Below are positions 20,118-30,746 of a stretch of 64,000 bases of DNA, piece by piece. The position numbers and the translations under genes are program-made. Below the pieces are notes generated by a model. It did not search any database and was not told where the DNA came from. It saw only the letters and a list, made by a program, of their open reading frames with translations. The stretch comes from an uncultured Chloroflexia bacterium (lineage in GTDB: Bacteria > Chloroflexota > Limnocylindria > QHBO01). The stretch lies in contig CAWFCQ010000004.1 of NCBI GenBank assembly GCA_963814375.1, positions 192,001 through 256,000 of the forward strand, read 5' to 3'. Position 1 is the stretch's first letter. The number at the start of each line of letters is the position of its first letter.

Positions 20118-20133
20118 CGGCACGCCACTTGCG
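20118..20133 (+). promoter_or_regulatory. Putative sigma54 promoter
   Basis: CGGCAC-GCCAC-TTGCG. Confidence 0.6.
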
Positions 20134-20145
20134 AAGGGCGCCGGC

Positions 20146-21147
20146 GTGACGACCGCTACGACCGCACCGACACCACCGGCCGCTCCAGTCGGCGGACGCC
20201 CGATTATCAGCGCGCGCGAGATGACGCGGGTCTTCGACGGCCGTGCCGCGGTCGACGAGCTCTCCTTCGATGTGATGCCTGGGACGATCCTTGGGCTCGT
20301 GGGCCCGAGCGGCTCCGGCAAGACGACGACCGTGCGGATGCTGACCGGCACGCTCAGCGCGACATCGGGCGTCGTCCGCGTGCTCGACGAGGAGCCGATG
20401 CGCTTCAGCCGTCATACGCGCGGTCGGATCGCGTACATGCCGCAGCTGTTCAGCCTGTACGAGGACCTCACGGCGAGCGAGAACGTTGGGTTCGTCGCGT
20501 CGCTGTACGGCATCGGCCCCTTCGGTCGCGGCAGCCGAATCCGGCACGCCCTGGACGTGGTCGACCTGTCCGATGCCCGCGACCGTCTCGCGCGCGACCT
20601 CTCCGGCGGCATGCAGCGACGACTCGAGCTCGCGTGTGCCCTGGTCCATGATCCCGACGTCCTCTTCGTCGACGAGCCGACGGCCGGGATCGACCCGCTG
20701 CTGCGCCAGTCGATCTGGGACGAGCTGCGCCGGCTTCGCGACGAGGGCCGCACGCTCCTCGTCACGACCCAGTACGTCTCCGAGGCCGAGTACTGCGATC
20801 ACGTGGCACTCATCGTCGATGGCCAGCTCGTCGCCCTCGACACACCGGAGGCATTGCGTCAAATGGTCTTCGGCGGCGACGTCCTCCAGGTCGACACGAC
20901 CCGCGCGGTCGACCCGGAGACCCTCGCCAACGTCGCCGGCGTCGAGAACGTCCGCCAGACCTCGCCCCGGCAGCTGATGGTCACCGCCGCCGACGCGTCG
21001 ACCACGACGACCGGCATCATCGACGCGCTCCGAGCGGGCGGCGTCGACGTCGCCAGCATCGAGGAGCACCAGCCGACCTTCGACGAGGTCTTCACCGCGC
21101 TCGTCGAGCGCCGGAGGGCCAAAGCGCCGGACGAGCTCGATGCGTAG
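20146..21147 (+). CDS. ABC-2 exporter ATP-binding protein
   Basis: GPSGSGKTT, LSGGMQRR, DEPTAGIDP. Confidence 0.93.
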   Translation: MTTATTAPTPPAAPVGGRPIISAREMTRVFDGRAAVDELSFDVMPGTILGLVGPSGSGKTTTVRMLTGTLSATSGVVRVLDEEPMRFSRHTRGRIAYMPQLFSLYEDLTASENVGFVASLYGIGPFGRGSRIRHALDVVDLSDARDRLARDLSGGMQRRLELACALVHDPDVLFVDEPTAGIDPLLRQSIWDELRRLRDEGRTLLVTTQYVSEAEYCDHVALIVDGQLVALDTPEALRQMVFGGDVLQVDTTRAVDPETLANVAGVENVRQTSPRQLMVTAADASTTTTGIIDALRAGGVDVASIEEHQPTFDEVFTALVERRRAKAPDELDA

Positions 21148-22336
21148 CATCGGTCACAGCCTCGTCCGCATCGGCTCCTTCATGGGCAAGGAGCTGCGCG
21201 AGGTGGTTCGGCGACCGGGCATCCTGGTCAGCCTCATCGTCGGGCCGTTCCTGATCATGCTGATCTTCGGGCTCGGCTACTCGGGCTATCGCGATCCGTT
21301 CGTGACCGAGATCGTGATACCCGAGGGGAGCGGCCTGCCGACCGACCCGGAGTCTTACGCCGCGCTCGCGCCCGGCCGGCTCGACGTTCGCGCCGTCGGG
21401 ACCGATGCGGCGGCCGCCGAGGCGCGTCTCGTGGCGCGCGAGATCGATCTCGTCATCGTGGCGCCCGAGAACGCCGGCGCCGAGCTGCGCAGCGGCCGGC
21501 AAACGACCATCGGCGTCCTCTGGAACCAGGTGGACCCGGTCTACGACCAGCTGGCTGGGCTCGCGACCTCGATCCTCGTGAGCAGCCTCAACGCGGAGAT
21601 TGTCGAGATTGCGGCTGCCGAGGGGATCTCGCTCGCCGCCGGCGAGCTCGGCCCGGCGGTCGAGAACGTTCCGCCGGAGGTCATCGCCCGCCCCACCACG
21701 GCTGAGACCGAGAACGTGGCGCCGACCGAACCCAGCGTCATCAGCTTCTTCGGCCCGGCGGTCTTCGCGCTCGTCATCCAGCACCTGGCCATCACCCTCA
21801 CGGCGCTGTCGATGGTGCGCGAGCGACTGAGCGGCCAGATGGATCGGTATCGCGTGGCGCCGGTGACCTCGATGGAGCTGCTCGTGGGCAAGTACGTCGC
21901 GTACGCCGTCCTCAGCGTGGCGGTGACCGTGATCGTCGGCGCGCTGCTCGTCGGTGTCCTGGGGGTCCCGCTGCTGGGCGGCTGGCTGCCCTTCGCCGGG
22001 ATCGTGCTGCTCCTGACATTCGCCTCGCTCGGCGTCGGCCTGCTGATCTCGCTCATCGCCGACTCCGAGCGCCAGGCGGTGCAGCTGTCGATGCTCATCC
22101 TGCTCGCCAGCGTCTTCTTCTCCGGCTTCGTGCTCCCCGTATCCGACTTCGCCCCGTGGACGCAGTACCTGGCCTGGGCGCTGCCGGTCACCCACGGCAT
22201 CAGCCTCCTCCAGGACCTGATGCTGCGGGGCAGCATCGGGCAGACCTGGATGATCGGCGCGCTCGCGGCGATCGGGCTGATCCTGTACGTCGGGTCGCTC
22301 ATCCGGCTGCGGAGGATCCTGAGAAGCGCGGACTGA
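21140..22336 (+). CDS. ABC-2 exporter permease
   Basis: SMVRERLSG, ELLVGK, FFSGFVLP. Confidence 0.9.
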   Translation: MRSIGHSLVRIGSFMGKELREVVRRPGILVSLIVGPFLIMLIFGLGYSGYRDPFVTEIVIPEGSGLPTDPESYAALAPGRLDVRAVGTDAAAAEARLVAREIDLVIVAPENAGAELRSGRQTTIGVLWNQVDPVYDQLAGLATSILVSSLNAEIVEIAAAEGISLAAGELGPAVENVPPEVIARPTTAETENVAPTEPSVISFFGPAVFALVIQHLAITLTALSMVRERLSGQMDRYRVAPVTSMELLVGKYVAYAVLSVAVTVIVGALLVGVLGVPLLGGWLPFAGIVLLLTFASLGVGLLISLIADSERQAVQLSMLILLASVFFSGFVLPVSDFAPWTQYLAWALPVTHGISLLQDLMLRGSIGQTWMIGALAAIGLILYVGSLIRLRRILRSAD

Positions 22337-22342
22337 GCCGCC

Positions 22343-22960
22343 TCAGGCCGCGGTCGAGGCCCCCCGGTTCAGCATGGCCAGGCCGAGCAGGATCGAGCCG
22401 ACCGCCGGCACGGTGATCCACGCCAGCAGCAGGACCACGAAGAAGCGCAGCTGCGGCCCGCCGCCGGCGGCCTGCGTGTCCGCCTGGAGTGACTCGATCT
22501 CCTCCGCCAGAACCGTGAGCTCGTCCCCGATCTGCCCGACATCGGTGCGGGTGGCGTCCAGGGAGAAGGCAACCTCGTCGAGGGTGCCGGCCAGTGCCTC
22601 CGCCTGATCGGCCGTCGTCGCGAAGCTCGAGGCGAGCGGGAGCAGCGGCTGCGCTCCGAAGATCGAGATCTGCATGGCGCTCGCGAGGTCGTCGAGATTC
22701 TCGCCGGTGCTTGCCGCGAGGGCCGCTGCCTCCCGCGCCGACTCCTGCCCGCTCTCGAGGCTGGCATCGATGCTCTCGAAGCTATCGCCCGCGGCGCGCA
22801 GGCTGCTCGCCGCCGCCTCGATGGTGTCGTCCGCTGCAACCGTGAGCCGCTCGATGCGCTCGGCAACGCCAAGCCCGATCACCGCTCCGCTGATCACCAG
22901 GGCGACCCCGAGCACGCCATAGACGATCAGGCCCCAGGCGATCGAGCGGCGGCGAATCAC
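22343..22960 (-). CDS. Membrane protein with two TMs flanking a helical domain
   Basis: N- and C-terminal hydrophobic helices; start inferred at GTG 22960. Confidence 0.7.
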   Translation of the reverse strand: MIRRRSIAWGLIVYGVLGVALVISGAVIGLGVAERIERLTVAADDTIEAAASSLRAAGDSFESIDASLESGQESAREAAALAASTGENLDDLASAMQISIFGAQPLLPLASSFATTADQAEALAGTLDEVAFSLDATRTDVGQIGDELTVLAEEIESLQADTQAAGGGPQLRFFVVLLLAWITVPAVGSILLGLAMLNRGASTAA

Positions 22961-22964
22961 GCAG

Positions 22965-23501
22965 TCAGTCTTCGGCGAAGAATGGGTCGTCGCCGTAGAG
23001 CTCGAGCCAGCGACGGCGCATCTGCCGGATGGTGGCCACCACTGCGCGCTCGCTCGTACCGGGCGGCAGGAGGCTGGCGATGGCGGCGCGCACCCGGTCG
23101 CTGCCCTCCATGCCGAGCAGGGCGAGGTAGTCGGCCACGCGCCGCGCGGGGCTCTTGCCGTGAGCGCGCTGCCGAACGAGCACATCCGCCTCGTGCTCCA
23201 GGGCGCCGTCGTAGTCGGCGTCGGTTCGATCCAGCTCGGCCAGCAGCAGCGGCACGTCCTCCAGGCGCGGGTCGGAGTAGGCCCAGCGCACGAAGCTGTC
23301 ATGGGGTCCATCGTCGCGGTCGTGGTGTCCCGCGTGGAACTGCTGGAGGTACTGGCGGCGTTCTGCCTCCGTGCGCGTCAATGCGATCTGCACCAATTGG
23401 CGCATCTCCGGCGTCCAGCGTCGAAGCGATTCGACGAATTGGCGCAGGCTGAGAGAGCCTGCCGGCTGAGGGCGAAATCGGTGCTCATGGACGTGCTGCA
23501 C
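22965..23501 (-). CDS. Hypothetical protein
   Basis: 178-aa ORF with native codon usage. Confidence 0.7.
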   Translation of the reverse strand: MQHVHEHRFRPQPAGSLSLRQFVESLRRWTPEMRQLVQIALTRTEAERRQYLQQFHAGHHDRDDGPHDSFVRWAYSDPRLEDVPLLLAELDRTDADYDGALEHEADVLVRQRAHGKSPARRVADYLALLGMEGSDRVRAAIASLLPPGTSERAVVATIRQMRRRWLELYGDDPFFAED

Positions 23502-23569
23502 GGCGACCGTATACTAGCCGCCGTGCGCCGACCCCTCCCCATAGGAACGTCCCTGAGACGGGGGGTCGC

Positions 23570-25123
23570 ATGCGGCGACTGACCCGGGTCGCGGCGGCGG
23601 TCGCGGCAGCCGTGATCGCACTCTCCCCGAGTATCTCCGGAGGCCCGACCGAGGCCGCAGGCCCACCCCTGCGCTACCTCGCCGGCCCGCCTGGAAGGCT
23701 CGACCCGGCTTACATCGCCGATGCGGCCGACGTCCAGCTGCTCCTTCAGCTTTACGCGGGCCTGACTCGTCTCGACGAGTCAGGTGAGCCCTACCCGTCG
23801 CTTGCCTCGGGATGGGAGATCAGCGACGACGGGCTGACCTACGATTTCGCGATCCGCGAGGGCCTGACCTTCAGCGACGGCACGCCGCTGGTGGCGGAGG
23901 ACGTTCGCCGCTCGTGGCTGCGGCTCCTCGATCCGGAGGCCGGCGCCACCGCGCCCGACGTGCTCAACGTGGTCGAGGGCGCATCCGAGCGGCTCGCCGG
24001 AGAGGTGGACGAGGAAGACGTCGGCATCGAGGCGCCCGACGACGCGACGCTCATCGTCCGTCTGCGCCACCCGGCCTCCTACTTCCTCGACATTGTCGCC
24101 ACGCCGGCGACGTTCGTCGTGCCACCCGGTGCGGACACGACGGACGGCTGGCAGACCGCCGACGCCTTCGTCGGTAGCGGCCCGTACGTGCTCGACGGAA
24201 CCGAGGGCACCGATCTTGTCCTGCGCGCCAACGACCGATACGTGGCGGGGCCGCCGTCGATCGACGAGATCCGCTGGATGAGCGTCATCGATGGCGACAC
24301 GGCGACCGCCTTCGAGGCCGGCCAGGTCGACCTCGCCCAGGTGCCCGGATGGGACGCCACCTGGATCGCCTACGACGCGTCACTCGGACCGCGGCTCAAC
24401 GCGGCAGAGCCGCTCACCGTGACGTACTTCGGCTTTGACACCACGCAGCCTCCGTTCGATGACGCACGGGTCCGGCGTGCCTTCGCGCTCGCGCTCGACC
24501 GGGAGCGGCTCGTCCCGCTGGCAGAGGGGGCGTCGTCCACCGCGGCTTCCAGCCTCGTGCCGCCGGCGATCTGGCCGGAGGGGTTCGAGCCCGAGATCGC
24601 CCACGATGCCGAGGAGGCCGCTCGGCTGCTCGACGAGGCGGGCTACGAAGATCGCTCCGATCTCGGGCCGATCGTCGTCAACGGCTCCGGCCTCGGGGTC
24701 GAGCCGGCGGTCGCCGTCTGGCGCGAGGTGCTCGGCGTCGAGGTCGAGATCGAGACGATGGAGTTCGGCGACTTCCTCACCGTTCTCGACACGCAGCCGC
24801 CGCAGCTCTTCACGATCAGCTGGATCGCCGACTACCCGTCGCCGCATTCGATCTACAGCCTCCTCCTCGAGCCCGGCGCAGTCAGCAACTACGGCGATTG
24901 GCGCGACGAGGAGTTCGCCGCCCTGCTCGAGGATGCGGCGCGCGCTCCCGAGGAGGAGGTCGGCGAGGCCTACGACGCCGTCGATGCATTTGTCGCCCAG
25001 GAGGCGCCCGTCATCCCGTGGGCCTACGGCGAGACATGGTGGCTGGTGGCGGACGGCCTGCGGGGGGTCGGCAACCTCACGATCGGGCTCCTGGACTTCG
25101 GCGGTGTCTCATGGGACGGCTGA
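23570..25123 (+). CDS. Peptide ABC transporter substrate-binding protein (family 5, OppA-like)
   Basis: LYAGLTRLD, TFSDGTPL, GSGPY, PFDDARVRRAFALALDR, WIADYP. Confidence 0.9.
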   Translation: MRRLTRVAAAVAAAVIALSPSISGGPTEAAGPPLRYLAGPPGRLDPAYIADAADVQLLLQLYAGLTRLDESGEPYPSLASGWEISDDGLTYDFAIREGLTFSDGTPLVAEDVRRSWLRLLDPEAGATAPDVLNVVEGASERLAGEVDEEDVGIEAPDDATLIVRLRHPASYFLDIVATPATFVVPPGADTTDGWQTADAFVGSGPYVLDGTEGTDLVLRANDRYVAGPPSIDEIRWMSVIDGDTATAFEAGQVDLAQVPGWDATWIAYDASLGPRLNAAEPLTVTYFGFDTTQPPFDDARVRRAFALALDRERLVPLAEGASSTAASSLVPPAIWPEGFEPEIAHDAEEAARLLDEAGYEDRSDLGPIVVNGSGLGVEPAVAVWREVLGVEVEIETMEFGDFLTVLDTQPPQLFTISWIADYPSPHSIYSLLLEPGAVSNYGDWRDEEFAALLEDAARAPEEEVGEAYDAVDAFVAQEAPVIPWAYGETWWLVADGLRGVGNLTIGLLDFGGVSWDG

Positions 25124-26439
25124 TCCGCTGGCCGGCGGCCGCGCTGCTCGCGTGCTGCATCGGCGCATTCGCCGCGGATCGGGTCAGCGCGTTCGACGGG
25201 TTCGGCGAGCCGACCGCCGACTCGACCTATGGCGAGGAGATCAGCTTCGAGGTTGCATTCGACGGGACCGCTCCCGACCGGCTCGAGCTGCTGATCAGCA
25301 CCCCCGGCAACGAGGGCTCGTTCGTCGCTCCCGTCGATCCGTCCGAGGGCAGGGCGACGTACACCTGGAACACGGCGGTCGACCATGTGACTCCGAACAC
25401 GCCGATCACCTACCAGTGGCGGGCGACCGATCGCGAGAACCTCACGCTGTCCGAGTCGGCGACGATCACCTACGACGATGACCGACCCGGCCTCGACTGG
25501 GAGCAGGCGCAGCTTGGCGAGGCGACGGTGCATTGGTACGGCGACGCCGAGAGCCAGGCGCGACGTTTCGGCGAGGTGACCGCGGTGGGCGTGGAGCGCG
25601 CCGAGAGCCTGCTCGGCAGCGAGCTCGCCGGTCCGGTCGACGTGTTCGTCTATGAGTCGCGTGACGAGTTCTTCGGTGCGCTCGGGCCGGGCGCCAGGGA
25701 ATGGACGGGAGCGGCCGCGTTCAGCGACATCCGAACCATCTTCATGTGGCTGGAGGGCGGCTCGGCGGACTATCTCGAGGTGGCGATGGTCCACGAAGTC
25801 ACTCACATCGTCTTTCACGATGCCACCGACAACTCATTCCATGAGCCTGCGCGCTGGCTGAACGAGGGGATCGCGACCTGGTCCGAGCAGGGAGATGCCG
25901 GCGCCGAGCGCTCCATCGTCGAGTCCGAGGCGGAGGGCGATGGCCTCTTCGCCTTCGAGGCGATCAGCGAGCAGTTCCCGATCGGCGAGCGCGGCAGCCG
26001 CCTCTCGTACGCCCAGGGGACGACGATGGTCGACCTCATCGTCGACAGCTACGGCCAGGAGGCAGTCGCGCGGATCGCGGCCGCCTACCGGGATGGCGCA
26101 TCCGACGACGAGGCGCTCGAGGCTGGAGCGGGGACTGCCGCCGATGAGCTGTACGCAGACTTCTTCGCAGAGTTCGGGGTGGATGAGCCGATGCCGATCG
26201 CGGCCGAGCCGATCGGCGACTCGACCGCCGAGCGCCCGGAGGTGGGCGAGGTCGATTCCGGCGGTGTCGAGCCCGGTGCAGCGCCCCAGCCACCACCCGG
26301 TGAAGCCTCGCCGGGCGAGGGCGATCCGCCTGAAACCAGCTCCACGGCGCTGGTCGTCCTCGGCGCCGTGGCGGTCGTCGGGATCGTGGCCGCGGCATTC
26401 GTCCTCCTGAGCCGTCGCGGCCGGGGGGCCGAAGAATGA
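25111..26439 (+). CDS. Peptidase MA-like secreted zinc metallopeptidase with C-terminal anchor
   Basis: HEVTH..RWLNEGIA; signal peptide and C-terminal TM. Confidence 0.85.
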   Translation: MGRLIRWPAAALLACCIGAFAADRVSAFDGFGEPTADSTYGEEISFEVAFDGTAPDRLELLISTPGNEGSFVAPVDPSEGRATYTWNTAVDHVTPNTPITYQWRATDRENLTLSESATITYDDDRPGLDWEQAQLGEATVHWYGDAESQARRFGEVTAVGVERAESLLGSELAGPVDVFVYESRDEFFGALGPGAREWTGAAAFSDIRTIFMWLEGGSADYLEVAMVHEVTHIVFHDATDNSFHEPARWLNEGIATWSEQGDAGAERSIVESEAEGDGLFAFEAISEQFPIGERGSRLSYAQGTTMVDLIVDSYGQEAVARIAAAYRDGASDDEALEAGAGTAADELYADFFAEFGVDEPMPIAAEPIGDSTAERPEVGEVDSGGVEPGAAPQPPPGEASPGEGDPPETSSTALVVLGAVAVVGIVAAAFVLLSRRGRGAEE

Positions 26440-27221
26440 CCCGTCGCGCTCCGGCGCGCGCGCGCCTCGGCCGTCCCCAATGGGCCATCAGCGTCGCGGT
26501 GGCGCTCGGCGTCATCGGCTTCGTCGCCGCCGCCCAGTGGAACAGCTCGCTCGGGCGACAGGAGTTCGTCACCTCCGCCCAGCGGGTGCTCGTCACGGAG
26601 GCCGAACAGCTCCAGCTGGAGCAGGAGCAGCTGCGTGCCGAGATCGAGGCGGCGGAGGAGCGGGTCCTGGGCTTCCAGGAGGCCGATGTCGGATCGCAGG
26701 CAACGCGCGCGGAGATCAACCAGGAGCTCGCAGCCGCCCGCCTCGCCGCAGGGCTGACCGAGGTCACCGGTCCGGGGATGGTGCTGGAGATCGCCGACAG
26801 CCAGCGCGAGGTGCCGGTGGGCGAGTCTCCGACGAACTACATCGTCCTCGTTGACGACCTCCGGGACATCGTGACCGCTCTGTGGGCGTCGGGGGCCGAG
26901 GCCATGACCATTTCGGGCGGCGCCTCCCAGGGCGCTCCGGCCGAGCGGGTGGTGGCCACGACCTCCATCTATGGCGTCGGCGCCTCGATCCTGGTCAACA
27001 CGGCATTCCTCTCGCCGCCATTCCGCATCGAGGCCATCGGCCCCGATGGCCTCCACGAGCGGTTCCTCGCCCATCCGAGCTACCTCGGCCGCGTCTCCCA
27101 GCGGATCGAGGCCTACGGCCTCCAGTTCGCCAGCGAGCCGCGGGACGAGCTGACGCTGCCCGAGTTCATCGGCAACACCCAGCTGCGCTGGGGAGCGCCG
27201 TTCGAGAGCGAGGAGGAATGA
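26436..27221 (+). CDS. DUF881 protein
   Basis: GLTEVTGPG, DIVTALWASGAEA, PFRIEAIG. Confidence 0.85.
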   Translation: MTRRAPARARLGRPQWAISVAVALGVIGFVAAAQWNSSLGRQEFVTSAQRVLVTEAEQLQLEQEQLRAEIEAAEERVLGFQEADVGSQATRAEINQELAAARLAAGLTEVTGPGMVLEIADSQREVPVGESPTNYIVLVDDLRDIVTALWASGAEAMTISGGASQGAPAERVVATTSIYGVGASILVNTAFLSPPFRIEAIGPDGLHERFLAHPSYLGRVSQRIEAYGLQFASEPRDELTLPEFIGNTQLRWGAPFESEEE

Positions 27222-27892
27222 TGACCGCGCGGCTCGCCCAGCTGAGCCTCTTCGTCGTCGCTCTCGTGATCGGCGTGCTTCTCGTCGGACAGCTCCGTTC
27301 GCAGGCACGGCCCATCGAGCTGTCGAGCCTCTCCGCGCAGGAGCTCTCGACGCTGATCGAGACGCTCAGCGCGCGCAACGTCGAGCTGAACGACGGCCTC
27401 GCCGTACTGCGCGAGCAGATCCGCGACTACGAGCGTGCCGAGCTCCAGGGACAGTCCGACCTCACGATCAGCGAGGAGACACTCCACCGCATCAGCGCGT
27501 TCGGCGGCCTCGAGGCCGTCGAGGGGCAGGGGATCCAGATCGACGTCGAGGGATCGTTTGACCCGACGGCGGTCAACGACCTCATCTACGAGCTGCGCAA
27601 CGCCGGCGCGGAGGCGATCGCCGTCGACGACATCCGCATCACCGCCCGCTCAGTTGCAGCCCTTGGCACGGGCGCGATCGAGATCGACGGCGTCGAGATC
27701 GGGCGAAGCTTCCGGATCAGGGCCATCGGCTCGCCTGATGGGCTTCAGGCCGCGATCGAGCGACCCGGCGGCATCCTGACCCTCCTCCAGCAGTCGATCA
27801 GCGCCCGATTCACCGTCAGCCAGGTCGAGATGCTCACCGTCCCCGAGACCGAGCGCGATCTGCTGCCGCAGGCTGCGAGCGCGGTCGAGTAG
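27218..27892 (+). CDS. DUF881 protein
   Basis: ELRNAGAEAIAV, IRAIGSP. Confidence 0.85.
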   Translation: MMTARLAQLSLFVVALVIGVLLVGQLRSQARPIELSSLSAQELSTLIETLSARNVELNDGLAVLREQIRDYERAELQGQSDLTISEETLHRISAFGGLEAVEGQGIQIDVEGSFDPTAVNDLIYELRNAGAEAIAVDDIRITARSVAALGTGAIEIDGVEIGRSFRIRAIGSPDGLQAAIERPGGILTLLQQSISARFTVSQVEMLTVPETERDLLPQAASAVE

Positions 27893-27934
27893 CCTGTGCG
27901 TCCGGACCACATCTGACCACGACACGAGGCTGCC

Positions 27935-29383
27935 GTGAACGAACTGATCGACCGGGTCCTGGATGCCGCCCAGCGAGGCGGTGCAGGGTATGCCGACGTC
28001 CGCATCGTCGAGCGTGAGAACGAGGCCCTGACCGTCAAGAACGGCGCCCTCGAGGCCGCCTCCTCGAACACCAGCGCCGGATTCGGCGTGCGCGTGCTCG
28101 TCGACGGTGCATGGGGATTCAGCTCGAGCGCGGTCCTCGAGGCGGAGGAGGGGGAGCGGATCGCGCGCGAGGCGCTCGAGATCGCGCGCGCATCGGCCAT
28201 CGCGCAGCGAGAGCCGGTCGAGCTCGACGAGACGCCACCGATCACCGATAGGTACCGCACGCCGTACGAGGAGGATCCGTTCGCGGTCTCGCTCGACGAG
28301 AAGCTCCGGATCCTGATGGACGCCGATGCGGCCATGGCCCGCGTCCCGGGCGTCGCCATCCGCGAGGGCAGCATGGTCGCGGGGCGTGAGCGAAAGACGT
28401 TCGCGTCGCTCACGGGAGCGCGGATCGAGCAGGAGATCGTCGAGGCCGGCGGAGGAATCGAGGCCACCGCCGTCAATGAATCGGAGATGCAGCAGCGCAG
28501 CTACCCCAACTCCTTCGGTGGCCAGGCCGTCACCGGCGGATTCGAGGCGGTCCGGGCGCTCGAGCTCGCCGAGAGCGCCCAGGAGACCGCGGAGCTGGCG
28601 GTCGCGCTGCTCGACGCTCCCCAGTGCCCATCCGGCGAGATGGATCTCATCCTCGACTCCACCCAGGTCGCGCTCCAGATTCACGAGTCGTGCGGCCATC
28701 CGAGCGAGCTCGATCGCGTCTTCGGCACGGAGGCCAGCTTCGCCGGAACGAGCTTCCTCACGACCGACAAGCTCGACCAGCTCCGCTACGGCAGCGAGCT
28801 GGTGACCATCGACGCCGATGCCACCGCGCCCGGGGGTCTCGGGACGTTCGGCTACGACGACGAGGGGGTGCCGGCACAGAAGGCGCCGATCATCGATCGC
28901 GGCCTCCTCGTCGGCTACCTGACCAGCCGGGAGACCGCTCCTCGCATCGGGCGCCGCAGCATGGGCAGCGCGCGCGCATGGACATGGAGCCACATTCCGC
29001 TCATCCGGATGACGAACATCAACCTGCGTCCGGGCGATGCCGGGAGCCTGGAGGACCTGATCGCCGATACGAGCGACGGCATCTTCATGAGCATCAACAA
29101 GAGCTGGTCGATCGACGATCGCCGCCTCAACTTCCAGTTCGGCGACCAGGCCGGCTGGATCATCAAGAACGGCAAGCGCACGCAGCTGGTGAAGAACCCG
29201 ACCTACACCGGCATCACTCCCGAGTTCTGGGGCAGCTGCGACGCGATCTGCGGACAGGACGAATGGACGCTGTGGGGCCTGCCGAACTGCGGCAAGGGCG
29301 AGCCGATGCAGGTCGGCCATGTCGGCCACGGGGCGGCCCCCGCGCGATTCCGCGGCGTGAAGGTTGGGGTGGGACGATGGTAG
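27935..29383 (+). CDS. tldD: TldD metalloprotease subunit
   Basis: HESCGHPSE, GYDDEG, IRMTN, CGKGEP. Confidence 0.92.
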   Translation: MNELIDRVLDAAQRGGAGYADVRIVERENEALTVKNGALEAASSNTSAGFGVRVLVDGAWGFSSSAVLEAEEGERIAREALEIARASAIAQREPVELDETPPITDRYRTPYEEDPFAVSLDEKLRILMDADAAMARVPGVAIREGSMVAGRERKTFASLTGARIEQEIVEAGGGIEATAVNESEMQQRSYPNSFGGQAVTGGFEAVRALELAESAQETAELAVALLDAPQCPSGEMDLILDSTQVALQIHESCGHPSELDRVFGTEASFAGTSFLTTDKLDQLRYGSELVTIDADATAPGGLGTFGYDDEGVPAQKAPIIDRGLLVGYLTSRETAPRIGRRSMGSARAWTWSHIPLIRMTNINLRPGDAGSLEDLIADTSDGIFMSINKSWSIDDRRLNFQFGDQAGWIIKNGKRTQLVKNPTYTGITPEFWGSCDAICGQDEWTLWGLPNCGKGEPMQVGHVGHGAAPARFRGVKVGVGRW

Positions 29384-30744
29384 CCACGCGCACCGACATC
29401 GACGCGCTCCTCGACCGGGCGCTGGCGCACTCGAGCGCCGACCAGTCGGAGGCGCTCTATCTCGGCCAGGACTCCGCGCTGACGCGGTTCGCGACGAACC
29501 AGATCCACCAGAACGTGCGCGAGCACGACGCACAGCTCCAGGTCCGTGTCATCCACGGCGACCGGATCGGCGTCGCCAGCACCAACCGGCTCGATGAGGC
29601 CGGCATTCGCGACGTGGTCGCGCGCGCCGAGGCCATCGCCGAGCGTTCTGCGCCGAACCCGCGTGCGGCTGTCATGCCCGAGGCCGATGGACGAGAGCAC
29701 GATCCTGACCTCGGGTTCGTGCCGGCCACCGCGGACGCCGGCGCCGACGTGCGCGCTCGCGGCGCCCGGGCGGTCATCGACGCCGGCGAGGCCGCCAAGC
29801 TCCAGACGGCGGGCTCGTTCGCGACCTCGGTCATGACGATCGCGGCAGCCAACTCGAAGGGGATCCGGGCGGAGCATCGCTCGACGCGCTCAACGCTGCT
29901 GACGGTGATGATGGACGGGTTCGCGTCGGGTGCCGCCTCCGGCTACGCGCAGGCCGGCTCCCCGGATGTCGGCGAGATCGACGCCGAGGCGCTGGGCGCC
30001 GAGGCCGCATCCAAGGGCGACCGGATGCGCGGCGCCACGAGCCTGGAGGCGGGGGAGTACGAGGTCATCCTCGAGGAGTACGCGGTCGCCGGCCTGCTCG
30101 AATATCTCTCCTACATCGGCTTCTCCGGTCTTGCGCACGAGGAGGGCCGCTCGTTCATGGAGCTCGGCAGCCGGGTGATGGGCGAGAACGTGTCGATCTG
30201 GGATGACGGCGCCGATCCGTCGGGCATGCCCGGCCCGATCGACTTCGAGGGCGTCGTGCGTCGCCGCGTCGACCTCATCGAGGCCGGGATGGCGAAGGCG
30301 GTCGTCCACGACGCCGCGACGGGCGCCCGGGCGGGCACCGGCTCAACCGGCCACGGCCTCCCGGCGCCGAATCTGACGGGGCCGATGGCCCTCAACCTGT
30401 TCATGGCGCCGGGCACGGCGGCGCGCGACGAGCTGATATCCGGGGTGAAGCGCGGCGTGTGGGTCACGCGCTTCCACTACATCAACCCCGTGCACCCGAA
30501 GAAGGCGATCCTGACGGGCATGACCAAGGATGGGACCTTCCTCATCGAGGATGGAAAGCTGGCCGGCCCGCTGCTGAACTTCCGCTTCACGCAGTCGATC
30601 CCGGAGGCGTTCAGCGACGTTCGGGCAGCCAGCCGCGAGACGAAGCTCGTGCCCGGCGAGTTCTTCGGTGCTGCACGCGTCCCCGCCCTCCATCTCGGCT
30701 CCTTCAACTTCACCGGGGTGACGGCCGCCGAGGGCGCCGGGTGA
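29377..30744 (+). CDS. TldE/PmbA family subunit
   Basis: LTRFATNQIHQN, STGHG, TGMTKDG; follows tldD. Confidence 0.9.
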   Translation: MVATRTDIDALLDRALAHSSADQSEALYLGQDSALTRFATNQIHQNVREHDAQLQVRVIHGDRIGVASTNRLDEAGIRDVVARAEAIAERSAPNPRAAVMPEADGREHDPDLGFVPATADAGADVRARGARAVIDAGEAAKLQTAGSFATSVMTIAAANSKGIRAEHRSTRSTLLTVMMDGFASGAASGYAQAGSPDVGEIDAEALGAEAASKGDRMRGATSLEAGEYEVILEEYAVAGLLEYLSYIGFSGLAHEEGRSFMELGSRVMGENVSIWDDGADPSGMPGPIDFEGVVRRRVDLIEAGMAKAVVHDAATGARAGTGSTGHGLPAPNLTGPMALNLFMAPGTAARDELISGVKRGVWVTRFHYINPVHPKKAILTGMTKDGTFLIEDGKLAGPLLNFRFTQSIPEAFSDVRAASRETKLVPGEFFGAARVPALHLGSFNFTGVTAAEGAG

Positions 30745-30746
30745 GG